A stretch of DNA of 62,946 nucleotides, the filler included, from Hyphochytrium catenoides (taxonomy: Eukaryota > Protista > Hyphochytriomycota): assembly GCA_900088475.1 (NCBI GenBank). It is 12 parts of 12 records of this genome, joined end to end, with 100 filler letters (N's around TTAATTAATTAA, not from the genome) between each part and the next. Parts side by side here need not be neighbours in the genome. Positions count along the whole stretch, not along the records: positions 14,433 to 25,744 come from FLMG01003584.1; positions 25,845 to 31,497 come from FLMG01003931.1; positions 31,598 to 34,200 come from FLMG01002701.1; positions 34,301 to 40,456 come from FLMG01002706.1; 8 more parts are not named here. The stretch is one strand, 5' to 3'. Position numbers and translations under genes: made by a program. Positions 22,707-35,236 of the stretch are shown here, piece by piece. Each line of letters opens with the position of its first letter. The stretch's first letter is position 1. Under the pieces are notes generated by a model that was not told where the DNA came from, searched no databases, and saw only the letters and a list, made by a program, of their open reading frames with translations.

Positions 22707-25646
22707 TGTTAGCAGAGATAGCTTAGCGATAATCTCTCTGACAGAGCTCAGCTGAGAAAACGCATTATATCGTGCATGTGCTCTTTCCATAGCAGTGACT
22801 AACCAGAACACCTCTGTGCTACTCAGCCCAAAGACTCAACTCTATTCTTCACACCAACAAATGTCCCTGGACCCACTGAAACTTGCGATTTAGTCACCTA
22901 CACTGGGACATGGCGACGTCATCAACGATCATGGATCACACAGCTCACGGGAGTGATGAACTTCCGCATCTGGCTGGAAGTAGTTATGCTTGCCCTCAAG
23001 CAGAGGAGGCTGTGGACCGTCGTGTGTGATGACGGAGTGCATGAGCTACCTACTACCTCGAAGGAGGCGGTGAAGAGCTGGCTGAGTGGAGACGAAGAAG
23101 TGATGCCGCGCAAGGCGTCATGCTTTCAACCCTTACCCTGAGATCTCCTCTGATGTTACCGGGGTGAAGACAGCGTTTGGGTGTGGGATATACTCAAGAA
23201 AGAGTACGGGAGACCTCGCCCAGCAGAAGCAGAAAACCGAGACGGTCCATCAGTACATTGCCCGAGCCAAGGGATTGATGCGAGAGCTCCTAGATGGAGG
23301 CGAGAGCATTGATGAGGGCACTGTGGTGAACTACGTCATCCGGGGGCTTCCGGAAGCGTACAAGCTTACCACCAAGGTGCTAACCATAGGTAGCCAGACA
23401 GCGATACCTCTATCAACCCTTCAAGGTGCTCTCCTGATGGAGGAAGTTGAGGTGGAGAGAGCTGCTGCGAGAGCAGAAGAAGAGCAGAAAAGAGCTCTGC
23501 AGACGCTGGTCCCTTACGAGTACAAGAAGGACAAGGAGGGGAATGGCACAGAAGAAAAAGACAAAAGAAGAAGAAGTTCAGGAAACTCGGAAGATAAAAG
23601 GGAACTGCTGGAACTGTGACACTCCAAGCCACATGGCAGAGGACTGCAAAAAGCCTCCCACCGACGGCAAGGACAGAAAAAAGCAGAACAACTCTTATGG
23701 TGCAGAAAGGTGCACAAGAAGAGGAGCTAATGTCTGGACAGTGGATAGCGGACTCCGGGGCTACGCACCATGTGTGCAATGATAGCTGTGCCTTTGCTAC
23801 ATTGACACTCGAAGATGATGAGGTTGAGGTGGCAGGGGGACAGAAGCTATGCTCTCTACTAGGATATGACACCCTTCACATCGACATGCTAGTCAAGGGT
23901 GAAGTGAAGCCGTGTACCCTGCATGGAGNNNNNNNNNNNNNNNNNNNNNNNNNNNNNNNNNNNNNNNNNNNNNNNNNNNNNNNNNNNNNNNNNNNNNNNN
24001 NNNCAAAGCTAGTGTCTGTAAGGTAAAGCAAGAGAAGGGAAAGACGACCTTCCTTGCAAACGAAGAAAGACAATTGCTCACTTTGGCATTGAAGGCTGGG
24101 GCATGCCAACCCGTCCATGATGGCTGCTACCGCAAAAGTGGTTCATGGGATGTCTCTGAATGGGAACCCAGCGGAAATGGACAAGGGAACCTAGCAGAAA
24201 TGGACAAGTGTGAGGATTGTGTCCTTACCAAGATGACAAGGGAGCCTATCTTCGACAGTCGGACTTCGGTGAAGGAAACTTTAGACCTTGTCGTTGGGGA
24301 TACCTGCGGCCCCATCCAAGTCCGGTCGGTACAAGGGAGTAGGTATTTTAGTACGCTGATCGACGTTAGATCCAGGAGAGTGTGGGGTTTTGCACCAAGC
24401 AAGCAAAAATATTAAGGACTTTGCCACTCTCACAGAGAACGAGCAGAGGAAGCGTCTGAAGGCTCTAAGGACCGACAATGGAGGCGAGTACACCTCCAAC
24501 GAACTCGAGACTGGCTGAAAGAACAAGGGATTGTTCATGAGGCAACACTTCCAGAGGCCTCGCACCAGAATGGGATTGCAGAGCGGTACAATCAAACTAC
24601 CGTTGGATTGATTAGAGCTATTTTCAAGACTTCTGGTCTACCCAAGAAGTTCTGGGCGGAGGCTCTAAACTGTGCCATCTATCTGCTGAATCGCCTGAAA
24701 CCAGCTAGACTAGAGAACGAGCAGAGGAAGCGTCAGAAGGCTCTAAGGACCGACAATGGAGGCGAGTACACCTCCAACGAACTCGAGAGCTGGCTGAAAG
24801 AACAAGGGATTGTTCATGAGGCAACACTTCCAGAGGCCTTGCACCAGAATGGGATTGCAGAGCGGTACAATCAAACTACCGTTGGATTGATTAGAGCTAT
24901 TTTCAAGACTTCTGGTCTTCCCAAGAAGTTCTGGGCGGAGGCTCTAAACTGTGCCATCTATCTGCTGAATCGCCTGAAACCAGCTGGACTAGAAGGCATG
25001 GTTCCCATGGAGGCGTGGTCGGGCCACCGGCCTACTCTCTCTCACTTACGGGTCTTTCGTTGTCTTGCCTTCGCCAAAGTAGCAGAGCCAGACCGCAAGA
25101 AGCTTGATGACAAGGGCAAGCGCTGCGTCATGCTGGGATATTCGTCTCTACAGAAGGGGTATCGGCTTCTAGAGTGGGGACTGAAAATATTATCGTCGCT
25201 AAAAAGAATAAAGAGGATGTCTTCTTCCCCTTTAAAGGCAAGGAGGGGACAAGTGAGGACGATAACGAAGGGACTTACCAAGATGAATACACGACTGGAG
25301 ATGAAGAGCCTGTCTTGCTTGATGTCCCGGAAGATGGTCACGGCGTAAATCCAGAGGAAGAAGTGGTAGATGAGCGTCAAACGGAACTATTAGAGGAGCC
25401 TTTTGAAGGTCAAGGTGCACCGCACCACCACCCGAGGATTCTCCCGACTCTGAAGAGGAAGAGGGGCCTCCAGAATTACGTCGGTCTGCTAGGGTCAGGA
25501 AGCAGTTCCACCATGGCGGCCCATACATCGCCTTCGTCGCTCAGGCTTTAACGCCGTCTTCTCTGAATGAACCAATCGATTTACCGTGAGGCTCTTGCCT
25601 CTACTGAAGCCGAGGAATGGAAGGTAGCCATGGAGGCAGAACTAGC
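22707..25646 (+). mobile_element. Ty1/Copia retrotransposon relic (gag-PR-IN, start of RT), frameshifted
   Basis: FRIWLEVVMLALKQRRLW; UBN2-type gag; CWNCDTPSHMAEDC knuckle; WIADSGATHHVC protease; DTCGP, LRTDNGGEY and QNGIAERYN integrase; EALASTEAEEWKVAMEAEL. Candidate 5' LTR at 22707-22859. Confidence 0.92.
24434..24990 (+). repeat. ~279-bp tandem duplication within the Copia integrase
   Basis: AGAGAACGAGCAGAGGAAGCGTC...CGCCTGAAACCAGCT occurs twice with a few substitutions and a 1-nt indel. Confidence 0.9.
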
Positions 25647-25744
25647 TGTTGGATTTGTATGGGATGATTGGACAATGTCATTAGATGAGAGTGCTCGAAT
25701 TATAAGCCCAACTGGGGTCCCATAAACTAGAGCTATTCTGACTA

Positions 25745-25844
25745 NNNNNNNNNNNNNNNNNNNNNNNNNNNNNNNNNNNNNNNNNNNNTTAATTAATTAA
25801 NNNNNNNNNNNNNNNNNNNNNNNNNNNNNNNNNNNNNNNNNNNN
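25745..25844. other. Artificial contig spacer
   Basis: N44-TTAATTAATTAA-N44. Confidence 0.97.
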
Positions 25845-26232
25845 GCACTTATGCCGCCCCACCCTGCGCGTGTCTTCCCCTACTTCCCGCCCTTAAGCTG
25901 TCTGTTGACTCTGCAAAGGATGGATGCGAGGGTCCTCTCCTCTCCCTCGTGATCTTGACTTTCTTTCTTCTTGGTCTTCTGTACACGGGCGGCGCGTCCT
26001 TTCGCGTTGTCTCTCCCGCCGCTTTCCTCCCTCAGTTCTGGCTTTTTCTCTGCTGCTCTCTCTTCTATCTTCATACTCCAGAGTAACCTCTTTCCTTCCT
26101 TCTCTTGCTTTCCTCTCTTTTCCTCTTCCGCCTCAAGGTCACTCTTCTCTTTCTCTTCCACTCGCTGGCTTTTTACGCCGTACTTCCTTCCCACTAACCT
26201 CCTCTCTCCTCCTTTCTCTCTCTCTCTCTCTC

Positions 26233-26270
<38 letters not shown>

Positions 26271-26363
26271 CCTCTCTCTCTCTCTGTCTCTCTCTCTCTC
26301 TCACTTTCTCTGTCTCTCACTTTCTCTCTCTCCCTCTCTCTCCCTCACACTTTCTCTCTCTCA

Positions 26364-26394
<31 letters not shown>

Positions 26395-26686
26395 CCACTT
26401 TCTCTCTCTCTCTCTCTCTTCTAATGTCTCTCGATTCCTCTCTGCCTCTCTCTCTTTGTGTTCCATCTCTGATCTTCCTTGTCTCATCTTCAAGTCGTAA
26501 AATCCATTTCTTACGGTTTGAGAGTGTAATTACGGTTTCGATCCTCCTCACTATTGGTTGGTGTAAGTTTACTCTCCTGAGAAGGGTCAGGACTGGCACC
26601 TTCCCTGCTCTTGTAATCCGCCTACCTTCCACTTAGGGACAATAAAGTGATGGCCATGGGGGTAGTGTCCTGTTGTTGGAGCACTG

Positions 26687-26698
26687 GAGAGAGGGAGG

Positions 26699-26741
<43 letters not shown>

Positions 26742-26817
26742 AGGGAGAGAGAGAGTGAGGGACAGAGAGAGGAAAAGAGAGAGGGAGAGAGAAAGAGAGA
26801 GAGAAAGAGAGAGAAAA

Positions 26818-26856
<39 letters not shown>

Positions 26857-26921
26857 AAAAGAGAGAAAGAGAGAGAAAGAGAGAGAGAAAGAGAGAGAAA
26901 AAGAGAGAAAGAGAGAGAAAG

Positions 26922-26952
<31 letters not shown>

Positions 26953-26955
26953 GAG
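26687..26955. repeat. Compound (GA)n/GAGAAA microsatellite, ~270 bp
   Basis: Direct; a mirror TC tract lies at 26200-26420. Confidence 0.95.
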
Positions 26956-27252
26956 GTAGCGAAAGCGACAGACAACGTAAACCGAGAAAGTCAGAGCACC
27001 AAGACAAAGAGGGACAGAACAGATAGAGATAGAGGTCGAGCCAGTGATAGAGAGACAGAGTTGAGGAAGTGAGAGGCAAGAGACAAGGACAGAGCATTCA
27101 ACAGATTCTTTCTTCCCTCACCTCAGAGCTTCGCTCATCCATTCAACTTTCTTCCTCCCTGCGCTCCAGACCGCCAACACGTGCAGCGGCTGGAGACGTA
27201 GAAAGAGATTGCAGACAGAGCTCCGAACAGAGCTCGAGGACGCCAGGTAGAT

Positions 27253-29697
27253 ATGGCTCCGAAACAGTTGGATGAGCGGCAGGTGCGGCGCGCAGTGATT
27301 GCGCTGATGACGCATCGGAACAATGTGGACAAGGCTGGCAAGCAGAGCTTATTGGATATCGGAGACTTCATCTCACTGCAGATTGGACTGAAAAAGATTC
27401 CGGATCACGGACGGAACAAGCCTTACAGAATGTAAGGACATTAGTTTACCTTCTCTTCTTTCTCTTCTCCTCTCTTCTCTCTCTCTCTCTCTCTCTCGTG
27501 GCGATGTGGGGCAGATGATGAAACAAATATTATCACCATCTTTCGAGTGAGGAGCTTGCAACTCCAGGGATCGTGAAACCCAACGATTGATGCCCCGTCA
27601 GCCACAATCTTACGACTGTTCGCCGATCTTGCCTTCTCTCTCGCTCGCTGTCGTCTCTTTCTCTCTCTCTCCTCATCTCTTTTCCTTCTTGGCTCACTCC
27701 CCCTGCTAATCCCTAGAGAGATCCCACACTCCCTGTACAAGGCAGAGGAAGGCTGTGAGATGTGCCTGTTCGTCAAAGACACAGATAAGAAGAAACTCAA
27801 GGAGAAGCTCGAGACAGAGCCGGTAGAAGGTCTAGGGAAGCTGATTGGATTGCAGAAGCTAAGGACAGACTACAAGCAGTTTGAAGAGAGAAGGAAGCTC
27901 TGCAACGCCTATGACCTCTTCCTCGTGGACGATAGGATCATGCCCATGATGAGCAAGGCCTTAGGCAAGGTTGGGAATGCTTCTTTCTACTTATCTCTCT
28001 CTTTTCTATCCTTGATCCGCTTCTGTGGCCTCCTGAGCGAGACGACGTCGCGCTTTCCAGCGTGAGACCACCGCTTCCTCGAGCTGCTATCATGATTTAT
28101 ACTGCCGCTGACCGTCTTCTCCATTGCATAGACTTTCTTTGAAAAGAAGAAGCAGCCTGTCCCCGTCAAGGTGAGCTCGGGAAGCCTGAAAACTGCCGTA
28201 GAAAAGGCCAGAGATTCAACATACTTCTTCGTAGGATGGGGACCTTGCAGGTACATATCAGGGCCTCTGTTTTTCTCTCTTTCAGCCTCTCCCCTCCTCT
28301 CTCTTGCCGGTTAAAGACTTGATGATGACGACGCTTCGGGCGGACTGTATCCTCTTGATGACAATCGAAGTGTGTACTTTTTCTGATGATCTGAAAGTCT
28401 TAACGAAGCAAAACAGAGAGTAGAAGCAGACCATTCTTCCTTCTGGTTCTCCTTCTTGTGTCAATATCGTGGGCACCTGGCTTACTTCTCTTTCTCTCCC
28501 CCTTCGTGTTCGTACCTCCAGCGCTGTGAGGATAGCAAGGGCTTCGATGTCAGTAGATGAAATTGTCAAGAACATAATGCAGGTTAGGACATTCTTTCTT
28601 GATCTGCCTACGCCTCTCTTGGCAAGAATGTTGGTTGCTTCTGCGCTTTATCTTGAGAATCAGGTCTCCCTCTTTGTCTCTTCTCGTTTGGCATTGAGAC
28701 TCTCCATCCTCTGCTGGCAAAGCTGAGATCTGCGTTTCTCACCTCCTTGTCCTGATCTCTCTGTTGTACAGGGTCTTAGAAACATTGTGCCACACGTTGC
28801 GAAGAAGTGGAAGGGCATTCAGTCTGTTCACATAAAGACAACGGACTCCCCAGCGCTTCCCATCTTCAATGAGCTTCCCGACCTCCCTATGAAGATCTCT
28901 GTCACAGAGTCACCTGCAGAGACCAAAGAAACTGGAGCAGGTGTGACATCTGATGAAGCCATGACGGACGAAGGTAAACATTGCTAACTATCAAGGGTCC
29001 TCCTTTCCTCTCTTGTGTCTCTGTCGTTCTTCCTGTGGCCTGCTTTTTACCCGCCTTTCCTATGTTGTGAGCTTCTTGTTTGTCTTCAGCGTCCTCTTAC
29101 CCGCTTTGCTGTGCCTCTGTTACAGATGAGGTTAAGCCGCCCAGCAGCAGTGGAAAGAAGAGGAAAGCTGCCGTTCCTGTTAGTAAGGCGGAGCAGACCA
29201 AGAAGCAGAAGAAGGGAGAGATTAGTACTAAAGGGAACCAGGAGCCAAAGGCGAAAGGAGAGAAGCAGCTAGAGGAGAAACCGAAAGGGCCTCAGAAGCC
29301 AGCAGCGAAGCAGCAAGGAAAGAAGGCGGAACCATCTTCCCAGGCCAAGCCAAACCCAAAGAAGAATGCAGAAACGGAGAAGAAGGTGCCACAGCCTCAG
29401 AAGAGAAAGAGAGAAGAGGGAAAAAAAGAAACAACAAGCAGCAGCATCGTCAAGGCGGATCAAGCAAAGGAGACCCTGACCAAGAGTAAGGCCAAAGCGG
29501 TGAAGAACTCCTCTGAACCCAACCAACAGGAGAAACAGGAGAAACAGAAGGAAGCAAAGAAGAGTGCCAAGCCAACAGCCTCAGCCGCTACTAAAAGTGC
29601 GAAGGCAAAGAAGGCTGTTCCTGCCCCATCTAAAGATAAGAAGAGCCTGAAGCTAAGCACCCCGGCAAAGAAAGGGAAAAAAGGAGCCAAGCCCTGA
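27253..29697 (+). CDS. RSL1D1: Ribosomal L1 domain-containing protein 1 (Cic1/Utp30 family), multi-exon, Lys-rich tail
   Basis: FISLQIGLKKIP...KPYR; EMCLFVKD; LRTDYKQFEERRKLCNAYDLFLVDDRIMPMMSKALGK|TFFEKKKQPVPV; AVRIARASMSVDEIVKNI; KWKGIQSVHIKTTDSPALPIFN; basic C-terminus ending at 29697. Confidence 0.92.
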
Positions 29698-30098
29698 GGA
29701 GAGCGATGTGGTCCCAATTCTTTGTCTTTCGTTCCCCTATCACGGGGCACTTTGTCATATATCTTCTTGTGACACTAGCTTTCCTCCTTCATCTTCTTCA
29801 TCGTCTCACCCTATCAATCGCAGTCCTGTGTCTCTTTTCTTCTGAGCGCAGGGCTAGATGCCCCTTTATTATTTATGAACTGGAAAGAATAATAATAATG
29901 TACATTCTTCCTTGCGCCAAGGACTCGCGTTAATGACAACGTCGCTCCCTAGTCTCCCTTTCTCTCTCTCTCTCTCTCTCTCTTTTTCTTTCTGTTGCAC
30001 CGCCAGCTTTCCCCCTCTTCTCTTCCAGGAAGAGAGACGATAGTGCTTTTCGTTTGGCGTTCCTTCTGAGGGCAGAACACCATTTAGACTTCCTAGTC

Positions 30099-31117
30099 TT
30101 AGTCCTTATACCGCTCAATGAGCCTCTCCTTTCTCTCCTTTCTACCTCCCCTTCCTCCTACTTCCACCATGTTTCTCTTCACCAAGCTCTGAAATCTCTC
30201 CTCAAGAAGATTGCCTTGAGGACGGACCTTCCGCACAGAGCCATTCAGCTCATCGGAGAGAACCACGGGCACTGGCTTCAGCTCCTGAAGAGCAAAAGAC
30301 GAAGTGTAACAAGATTAGGGAAACCCAAAGGAAGGGCAAGGTTGCAACATACGAAAGGGTGCAAGTATGGAAAGAGGAAGAAAAAGGAAGAGAGAGAGAG
30401 AATAGTCGATGAGAGGAGAACAATAGCTAAGGGACACACCGAAAGGCACACGGGCCCACGGACCGAAGACGCCCAACTTAATGTTAGAAATTGAAAGGAG
30501 ACGTTTCTTTCTCTCCTTACCTGATCCTTCACCACCTTCCCTCCTCTCTTGAAGGCTGGCTCCTCTTTCTCTTTCTCGTCTCTCCATTGTCGCAGGATGG
30601 CATTCTTCTCCGCGTTCTGCTTCTCTTCTCTCTGTAGCTCCTTGGCCACAGCTTTCGCGTTGTTAATACTTCGCAAGAATTTCTTCTCTGCTCTCTGTTT
30701 GTCCTGCTCTTGCTTCCTCCTTCTCTTCTCCTTGCGTTTGTTCAAATCTGTCTTGGTCAATTTTCCCTTTCTCTCTCTCCTGCTTGCTTGGCGCTGTACT
30801 CCATCTCCTGAGTCCGAGGTATGATCTGTCTGTCCTTGCGCTCTCTTTGCCTCGTCATTCTCTCCTCCTTCCGTAAGCCTCTTGAGCTCTTCGTCTAGGC
30901 CAGTTGTCAGTGGAGCTTCTAAATCTCTTTGTCTCTCCTTTCTCTTCAGCTCGACTGCTACGGCGTGGGCCAGAGTGTCCTGTAGAGAAAGGAAAAATGG
31001 GGTCAGCCTTCAGAATGACCGGCGGCTTACAGAGACAACGGAGAGATGGAAAATGCAAAGAGGAGAGAGGAGAGTTAGAGCTCCGAGGAAAGAGAGAGAG
31101 AGACACACACACACCAG

Positions 31118-31164
<47 letters not shown>

Positions 31165-31390
31165 AAGAGGGAGAGAGAGAGAATATAGTACAAGTGTGGC
31201 GCAGAATGCGTGAAGGGTCAGATAAGTTCGAGAGTCGAATAAAATTTTTAAGCATTCTCTCGCTTTTTATTCTCTCTTCTTCTCCATCTCGCACCTGATG
31301 ATCTTCAAATGCGGGATTATATGACTGGCCAGGAAGAGGGGCAGCGACGGCTGTGAATTTGTGCTTCGTAGGACGAGTGAGACGTCTTGG
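30099..31390 (-). CDS. NOP53: Ribosome biogenesis protein NOP53 (GLTSCR2), 3' part; 5' end lost at the contig edge
   Basis: Exons AVAAPLPGQSYNPAFEDHQ|DTLAHAVAVE...KLTKTDLNKRKEKRRRK...|PVPVVLSDELNGSVRKVRPQGNLLEERFQSLVKRNMVE; stop TAA at 30099-30101. Confidence 0.88.
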
Positions 31391-31497
31391 CTGTTAGGGC
31401 GCAAAATGTTAGGGGCAAGAGATAGATGAAGTAGAGAGAGTGTGAGAGGGCGACGCGGATAAACATATAAATCTAGAGGAAGAGAGAGAGAGAGAGA

Positions 31498-31597
31498 NNN
31501 NNNNNNNNNNNNNNNNNNNNNNNNNNNNNNNNNNNNNNNNNTTAATTAATTAANNNNNNNNNNNNNNNNNNNNNNNNNNNNNNNNNNNNNNNNNNNN
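31498..31597. other. Artificial contig spacer
   Basis: N44-TTAATTAATTAA-N44. Confidence 0.97.
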
Positions 31598-32198
31598 AGA
31601 GAGAGAGAGAGAGAGAGAGAGACAGAAGACGAAAGGTAACGCTGCAATGAGCGGAGCCCCATCAGCAGCAGGAGTGGAATCGGTCACTGATCGATCATCA
31701 AGGGAACAGCATCAAGAAAGTGTAGGCGGCGAATGATTGGGTAAATGATGGGTGCCCTACACTATCAATACAGAGATATTTGGATTGATGGCGGCATAGG
31801 ATGAGGAATGGGGAAAATTCCCATTAGTGAACCTATGTAGCCCTAAGAAGGATTATTATTTTATCCCTCGAGCATTACGTAGTGTTGAGATTCTGGCCAT
31901 CACCGTGAAGGCCGTATTACTACTGCATCGCGTGAGTGCTCATCGCCCAAATTGTCCAAAAATAGCCCTAATCTAGGTAACCCGGATAACTTAGCAGAAG
32001 AGCACAACAGACACAATCTGGGCTTCGGACCCACCGGTTAACCAGGATTTCGAAGTTAATCTACTCCCGGAGGAGTTCTGTATATCATTCTGATCTTGGT
32101 TTTTTTGTTGGACGGAAAGATTCTCTCTCGCCTCTTCCCTCTTCTCTTTCTCTGTCTCTGTCTCTCTCCCGTGCTCTTTGTTCGATCTTCCTCTCATG

Positions 32199-32244
<46 letters not shown>

Positions 32245-32554
32245 CCTCTCTTTCTTTCTTTCTTTCGCGCGAGTGCGCTTCTCTGCATGTCAGGTCGAGC
32301 TTCTACTTCTATAGAGTTAGATGTTGTCAGAGCAGCTGCTAGTCGAAGGAGCCAGCTACTTCCACGGATTGATTGAAAGCAGGAGACCACGAGAGAGAGA
32401 GAAAGAGAGAGAGAGCTAAGAGTCTGCAGTAAGATTTGCCAACAGGTAGAGTCTCAGCGACAGCCTAGAAAGAGAAAGGGGCGTAGATGCAGAAGCAAGG
32501 TTAACGAACTGAAAGGAGGCCGGAGCGAGCAGAAAACAGAGAGAGAGAGGAGGC

Positions 32555-33876
32555 ATGGCTGAGCCCAGTGTGACCCCGATGGCTGCGGGGCGGCAATGGA
32601 TGTACTTGGACGCTGAAGGGACCAAGAAAGGGCCCTTCCCGGAGCCAGTGCTCCTTCGTCTGCTAAAGAAGAACATTGTCTCCCAGAACTTCTATGCGTG
32701 GACGCCGGTAAAGTTCACTCTCAGTCTTTCCTTTGTGCACTGATCCTCCCTTTCCATTGAGCTCCTAAGTCTTTCTTTAAACTTCCTCGCCTTTTCTCGT
32801 TCTCTCTCTCTCTTTCTTTAAAGTTCTGAATGGGCTTTCTCTTGTTGTTTGTCAACCTCTCTCCTCTCCCAAGTTGTTTCCTTCCTCTTTCACGGACAGG
32901 TGGCAGTTTGCGCTATTGCTTTCGTCCTACGTTTCTGGGAGTCTCTCTCTCCTCCCTCTCATTGTTCTCTCTCGCTTGTCTCTCTTCTCTCTCTCTCTCT
33001 CTCCCGTCTCTCTTTCCCTGGCTCTCAGTCTTTCTGCCTCTCGCTCAGTCTGTCCCTCTCTCTCTCTTTCTCTCTGAGAAGTCTTCAGACATTTTGCCTA
33101 GATCCTCTACTATGCCACACCTTTCTGTCACTCTCTCCATCTCGTTCACACCTGTTTTCCCCGACTCACCCCTCCCTTATCTTCTGATTATAAAGTTTGT
33201 CCCTCCTAAAAAGCAGATATCTTCTTCCTCCTTGACACTCTTCCCTTCCCCTGACACCACTCTCTTTGAAGGGAATGACAGACTGGAAGCAATTTCTGGA
33301 TGTGGAGCCATTCAAGGGAGAGATCGCACGTCTTAACACTGTCTGGCTCTACATGCAGGATGACAAACAGCAGGTCCTTAACTCCTCTCTCTCTCTCTCT
33401 CTCTNNNNNNNNNNNNNNNNNNNNNNNNNNNNNNNNNNNNNNNNNNNNNNNNCCTCACAATGCATCCTTACCACTCAGCCAGTGGGCTCCTCTGTCTGTT
33501 TATATGATCTCCTGACTCAGGTCTCATTTCCCTCTTTGTTCACTGTCTGTCTCCCTCTGCCTGAGTGCCTCTCTCTTTTGTACCTCTCTCTGTCTCTCTC
33601 TCTCTCCAAAGCGTACTCCTTTTCTTCATTGACCGTAACCTTTTCCAGGGACCTATCCCTACCGCGGGCCTGGTTAAGCTGTTTACAGAGGGAGAACTGG
33701 ACGGCCTCTCTCTCGTTTGGACCCAAGGGATGGGAGAGTGGAAGCCTATTGGTAGGTCTCTCTCTATAACTGATCGGTTACCTTGGCTTTATCTTTTCCA
33801 TTCGTCCTGAACCGTACTCCTCTCGCCTGCGCTCAGCTGTCCCTATTTCCTCACCATCTCTCTCTCTATTCTTTTT

Positions 33877-33907
<31 letters not shown>

Positions 33908-34200
33908 CCTCCCTCTCCCTCCCCCTATGTTGCCCCGTAATATCCCGCTGCACTCTTTCCTTCCGTACGGGGCCGGAAGGTCATTGGGTCCGTCCTCCCA
34001 ATCTTCTGTTGCTGTTGTGAGCGTGGCTGCCCCTTCTTTCACAGATCTGTTGTTTCTCTCTCTCTTGCTCTTGCTCTCTGTCTGTGTCTCTCTTGTCGTC
34101 TAACCTTCGTCCCTTCTTCTTTATCAATCTTCCAGCGGAGGTGGAGGTGCTGCGGGCTGAGCTGCAGGAGGCGAATCAAGAAGAAGAGAATGCAGAAGCT
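32555..34200 (+). CDS. Protein with two tandem GYF_2 (DUF4339) domains, 5' part
   Basis: WMYLDAEGTKKGPFPEPVLLRLL...AWTP|GMTDWKQF and WLYMQDDKQQ|GPIPTAGLVKLFTEGELDGLSLVWTQGMGEWKPI|AEVEVL. Truncated by the spacer. Confidence 0.82.
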
Positions 34201-34300
34201 NNNNNNNNNNNNNNNNNNNNNNNNNNNNNNNNNNNNNNNNNNNNTTAATTAATTAANNNNNNNNNNNNNNNNNNNNNNNNNNNNNNNNNNNNNNNNNNNN
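34201..34300. other. Artificial contig spacer
   Basis: N44-TTAATTAATTAA-N44. Confidence 0.97.
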
Positions 34301-34614
34301 AAAGAGTTGTAGTCTTGGACTCTGATTGATGATGTCTGGGGTTGCCTCCTCCTAGACATAAGAAGTGGACTGCAGTCCCTTTCAGATATCTCAGTATCCG
34401 CTTCACAGCGGTCCAGTGAGTCTGTTTATAGTTAGTCATATGCTGGCTAACCGATTGTACTACCGCGAAGGCTATATCCGGCCTGGAGGCTACCATCAGA
34501 TGCATAAGACTGCCAACAGCATTCCTGTACGGTATCTTGAGTAAATATTGCTCCTCTTCCGAAGTCAATGTAGAGAGAGAGTCTGCCTTGGGTAGCTTTT
34601 CCCCAGGAGTAACA
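34301..34614 (-). mobile_element. Ty1/Copia reverse transcriptase C-terminal fragment
   Basis: IPYRNAVGSLMHLMVASRPDIAFAV...HWTAVKRILRYLKGT. Confidence 0.9.
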
Positions 34615-34953
34615 TGATGAAGTTTACAGCGATGGGTGGCAATGCCGGAAGCTTCTGTATGAGCACAATCTAGATGCAATGATAACAAAGGGACTTGGTA
34701 TTGATGTGTGTGAAGATTTCTCTGAATGATCACTCAGTCCTGAGAGCCTGGTCTGGACTCGAGATCTTTTGCTCGGCCCAGCTTCCCTCATCATCTCTCT
34801 TTCCTCTGCTGCTCCTGTGTTCTTCTGGAAATTCTTCTCACATCCCTCTTTCCCATAACACAGGTGTACCCGTAACGTCTATGTCCCTGAGAGCTAGGTG
34901 TGTATAGAGAGTGACTACTGTACTACTGACAACGAACATAGTAGCACTCAACA
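34615..34953 (-). mobile_element. LTR family A, copy 3
   Basis: Aligns end to end with 16818-17165. Confidence 0.85.
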
Positions 34954-34980
34954 GACTTCTTATCGTGAAGCAGTCAAGGC

Positions 34981-35236
34981 TGTTAGATTTTATTATTTGA
35001 TGGTGAGCACTTTGAATTAATATTGGGGGGTGTCTGGTTATACCGGAGAAAAGTTTTGTACGCTCCGGGATTTGAACCCAGGACCTCTGTCTTTGATGCC
35101 GACACCCTAACCAGTATGCACCATACACCAAAAGTACACTTGACTAATCTCCGTTTCTGTTTATATACCAGGGATTTTTCCCCTCTGCGTCGTCCGCTGT
35201 ACACTTTTTGGTTTCAGCGTCGATCACAGTTCAACA
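34981..35236 (-). mobile_element. Solo-LTR/TRIM-like element carrying a tRNA-like Pol III cassette, copy 2
   Basis: Reverse complement of copy 1, with a perfect 5-bp TSD AAGGC (34976-34980 and 35237-35241). Confidence 0.9.
35057..35137 (-). tRNA. tRNA-Pro(AGG)-like sequence inside the mobile element, copy 2
   Basis: Differs from 17555-17635 by one base (acceptor stem). TATATAAA lies ~30 nt upstream and TTTT downstream. Confidence 0.55.

Noticed and set aside
25880-27097. Many ORFs rich in ER/SL dipeptides (also 40.6-46 kb and 53-59 kb)
   Set aside because: Translations of stop-free (GA)n/(TC)n microsatellites.
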